Below the pieces are notes generated by a model, which ran no database searches, was not told the DNA's origin, and saw nothing but the letters and a program-made list of their open reading frames with translations. From Salinivirgaceae bacterium (GTDB taxonomy: Bacteria; Bacteroidota; Bacteroidia; Bacteroidales; SZUA-534), in contig JAKSOL010000001.1 in the NCBI GenBank assembly GCA_024405635.1, positions 96,001-160,000 of the forward strand: a stretch of 64,000 bases of DNA, read 5' to 3'. Of the stretch, positions 61,743-64,000 are shown in pieces. The position numbers and the translations under genes are program-made. The first letter of the stretch is position 1. Every line of letters begins with the position of its first letter.

Positions 61743-64000
61743 ATGAGAGATAAGGTTCTAAATGCGTTGATGCAATTGTTTGCGATAATTGTCGGACCTA
61801 GGTACGACAATCGCAAAGGCCGTAGCATTGTAGAGTCGTTCTTATATCAGCAAACTAACGATGGGGCTGTTCCTCAGTATCTTGAACTGTTTGCTGGCTT
61901 TTATGCACATTATCAGAAAAAATTAAATAACTCTGACAGCAATAAGGAGAAAAACTTGTCGCTGAATTCAGTTAAGGTTATTAAAATATGTACGCAGATA
62001 AACGGAGAACTTAACATCCGGCAAAAAACAATTGTGCTGGTAAAAATTCTTGAGTTTATCAACGTTGGCGACGAGGTTATGAGCCAAGAACTTGAATTTG
62101 CGCGTCTTGTTGCCGACATTTTCATGTTCACCGAAGAGAGTTTTTATTCAATCAAAGACTATGTTTTTTCTAAAGATGAGTTGCCAGTTTCGCCACAACT
62201 ATTGCTAATTGATGGTCAAAAGGCAACAACTCATCCCGATATTAGACATTGCTATCACGAAGGGCTTGAGGCCGAATTGTGGGTATATTACTTCAAACCT
62301 TCAAACATGTACCTAATTCGCAAGTTTGGCGAAGAAGATGTACTAATAAACGGACAAATTCTGCCAGAAGGTAGCGTGTTTGTTATTAGTCACGGTGCAT
62401 CATTGCGCAACTCACGCATAAAACCAATATACTATTCTGACATTGTAAACATTTACATGTCGGTTGAGAGTGGCAAACGAATTCAGTTTGTTGCAAAGGA
62501 TGTTGAGTATGAATTTAAAGGCGGCGTTAAGGGTCTTAATCCAATAAACATTTGCGAAAACTCGGGTACATTAGTTGGAATAATGGGCTCAAGCGGTTCA
62601 GGAAAAACCACATTGCTCAATGTTCTTAACGGTAATTCAGCGCCAAGCAAAGGCGTGGTTGCAATTAATGGCATCGACATCTTTGCCGAAAAAGAAAAAA
62701 TTGAAGGTATTATTGGCTATGTGTCGCAAGACGATTTGTTAATTGAAGAACTTACAGTTTTTCAAAACCTTTACTTTAGCGCAAAGCTATGTTTTAACGA
62801 CGTAAGCGAAAACCAATTGCGAGGCATGGTAAGCCGTGTGCTTAAAAGCGTTGGCTTGTTTGAAATCCGCGATTTGGTTGTGGGTAGCCCGTTGAATAAG
62901 AAAATTAGTGGCGGTCAACGTAAACGACTAAACATTGCACTTGAACTTATTCGCGAACCTGCAATTTTGTTCCTCGATGAGCCAACCTCTGGTCTATCAT
63001 CGCGCGACTCTGAAAATATTATGGACCTTTTGAAGAATCTGACCTTAAAAGGGAAATTGGTGTTTGTTGTTATTCACCAACCATCATCGGTCATCTTCAA
63101 AATGTTTGATAAACTTTATATACTTGACCGAGGCGGATACCTTATTTATAATGGGAACCCAGTAGAATCAATTGTTTATTTCAAAAATAAGGTAAGCCAA
63201 TCAAGTTGGAACGATAGCGAATGCCCAGTTTGTGGAAATGTTAATCCCGAACAAATATTCAACATCGTAGAATCGCAAGTGCTTGATGAATATGGTAACG
63301 TAACATCGAGCCGCCGAAAAGATCCAGAGATATGGTATAATTATTACCTAGAAGAACAAAAGGAACTACCTCCTGTTGAGGTGATGAAAATGCCGCTCCC
63401 TGAAACAACACAAAATAAACCTGGGCCTATTAAGCAGTTTTCGGTGTTTGTAATGCGCGATGTGCTTACTAAAATAAGTAACAAGCAATACTTATTCATT
63501 AATATTCTTGAGGCACCAATTTTGGCTTTCTTGTTGTCGTTCTTAATACGCTATTTTGTTGACAACGGCGGAGAGAAATACTATTTATTTAACAACCCCA
63601 ACTTACCAGTGTACATATTCATGTCGGTAATTGTGGCCATTTTTATAGGCTTGTCGGTAAGTGCAGAGGAGATAATAAAGGACCAAAAGATACTAAAACG
63701 CGAAAAGTTCCTTAACCTCAGTCGCGATAGCTATCTTTTTTCAAAACTTGCCATTTTGCTAACAATATCAGCAGTACAAGCCTTTTTGTTTGTTGTTATA
63801 GGCAATACAATTCTTGGTATTAGTGGCATGCTGTTCCATTATTGGTTTGCTTTGTTTTCGGCATGGTTCTTTGCTAGTGTAATGGGGCTTATTATTTCCG
63901 ATAGTTTTGACACAGTGGTTACTATCTACATTTTAATACCATTTTTAGTCATCCCACAACTGATATTCAGTGGCATTATAGTACCTTTTGATAAACTAAA
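61743..64000 (+). CDS. Fused ABC transporter ATP-binding + ABC-2 permease with long N-terminal extension (3' end outside window)
   Basis: ATG 61743 (MRDKVLNALMQLFAII); GSSGSGKTT, ISGGQRKR, FLDEPTSGL, IHQP, then TM helices; absent from the supplied ORF track, presumably because it runs off the window. Confidence 0.85.
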   Translation, partial: MRDKVLNALMQLFAIIVGPRYDNRKGRSIVESFLYQQTNDGAVPQYLELFAGFYAHYQKKLNNSDSNKEKNLSLNSVKVIKICTQINGELNIRQKTIVLVKILEFINVGDEVMSQELEFARLVADIFMFTEESFYSIKDYVFSKDELPVSPQLLLIDGQKATTHPDIRHCYHEGLEAELWVYYFKPSNMYLIRKFGEEDVLINGQILPEGSVFVISHGASLRNSRIKPIYYSDIVNIYMSVESGKRIQFVAKDVEYEFKGGVKGLNPINICENSGTLVGIMGSSGSGKTTLLNVLNGNSAPSKGVVAINGIDIFAEKEKIEGIIGYVSQDDLLIEELTVFQNLYFSAKLCFNDVSENQLRGMVSRVLKSVGLFEIRDLVVGSPLNKKISGGQRKRLNIALELIREPAILFLDEPTSGLSSRDSENIMDLLKNLTLKGKLVFVVIHQPSSVIFKMFDKLYILDRGGYLIYNGNPVESIVYFKNKVSQSSWNDSECPVCGNVNPEQIFNIVESQVLDEYGNVTSSRRKDPEIWYNYYLEEQKELPPVEVMKMPLPETTQNKPGPIKQFSVFVMRDVLTKISNKQYLFINILEAPILAFLLSFLIRYFVDNGGEKYYLFNNPNLPVYIFMSVIVAIFIGLSVSAEEIIKDQKILKREKFLNLSRDSYLFSKLAILLTISAVQAFLFVVIGNTILGISGMLFHYWFALFSAWFFASVMGLIISDSFDTVVTIYILIPFLVIPQLIFSGIIVPFDKL

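Overview
AT-rich chromosomal window of a Bacteroidota bacterium, probably Bacteroidales/Marinilabiliales-like (inferred from TAnnTTTG promoter boxes and gene content). Most of it is housekeeping: ftsK (partial), lolA, LOG, S41 protease, GH27, fmt, glgB, GH13, fumarase, dnaX, umuDC, clpB, M23 peptidase, GH2, acyl-CoA ligase, thiC, tRNA-Arg(ACG), dapA, secA, acyltransferase, amidase and an ABC transporter (partial). Two accessory regions stand out. (1) A ~6.9 kb Rhs toxin/immunity cassette array (2463-9302) with no integrase, bounded by a 53-bp direct repeat that duplicates the start of the LOG gene. It holds decayed toxin tips, exported immunity-like proteins, a papain-like toxin tip and an 84-bp in-frame palindromic insertion in an Rhs core. 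(2) Two paralogous exported proteins (40665-44465, 46674-49187) share an apparently identical ~0.93 kb promoter plus 5' block but have mosaic FN3-like/C-type-lectin-like C-terminal cassettes. One cassette has the codon signature of a DGR variable region, although no RT or template repeat is visible. thiC lies between the two repeats and a REP-like cluster lies downstream. Also notable: dnaX split at an A11 run (-1 recoding would give full-length tau), a sigma54-like promoter at clpB, a GH16-like protein lacking catalytic residues and a degenerate hemerythrin sensor. All alignments were made by eye; no database searches were run.
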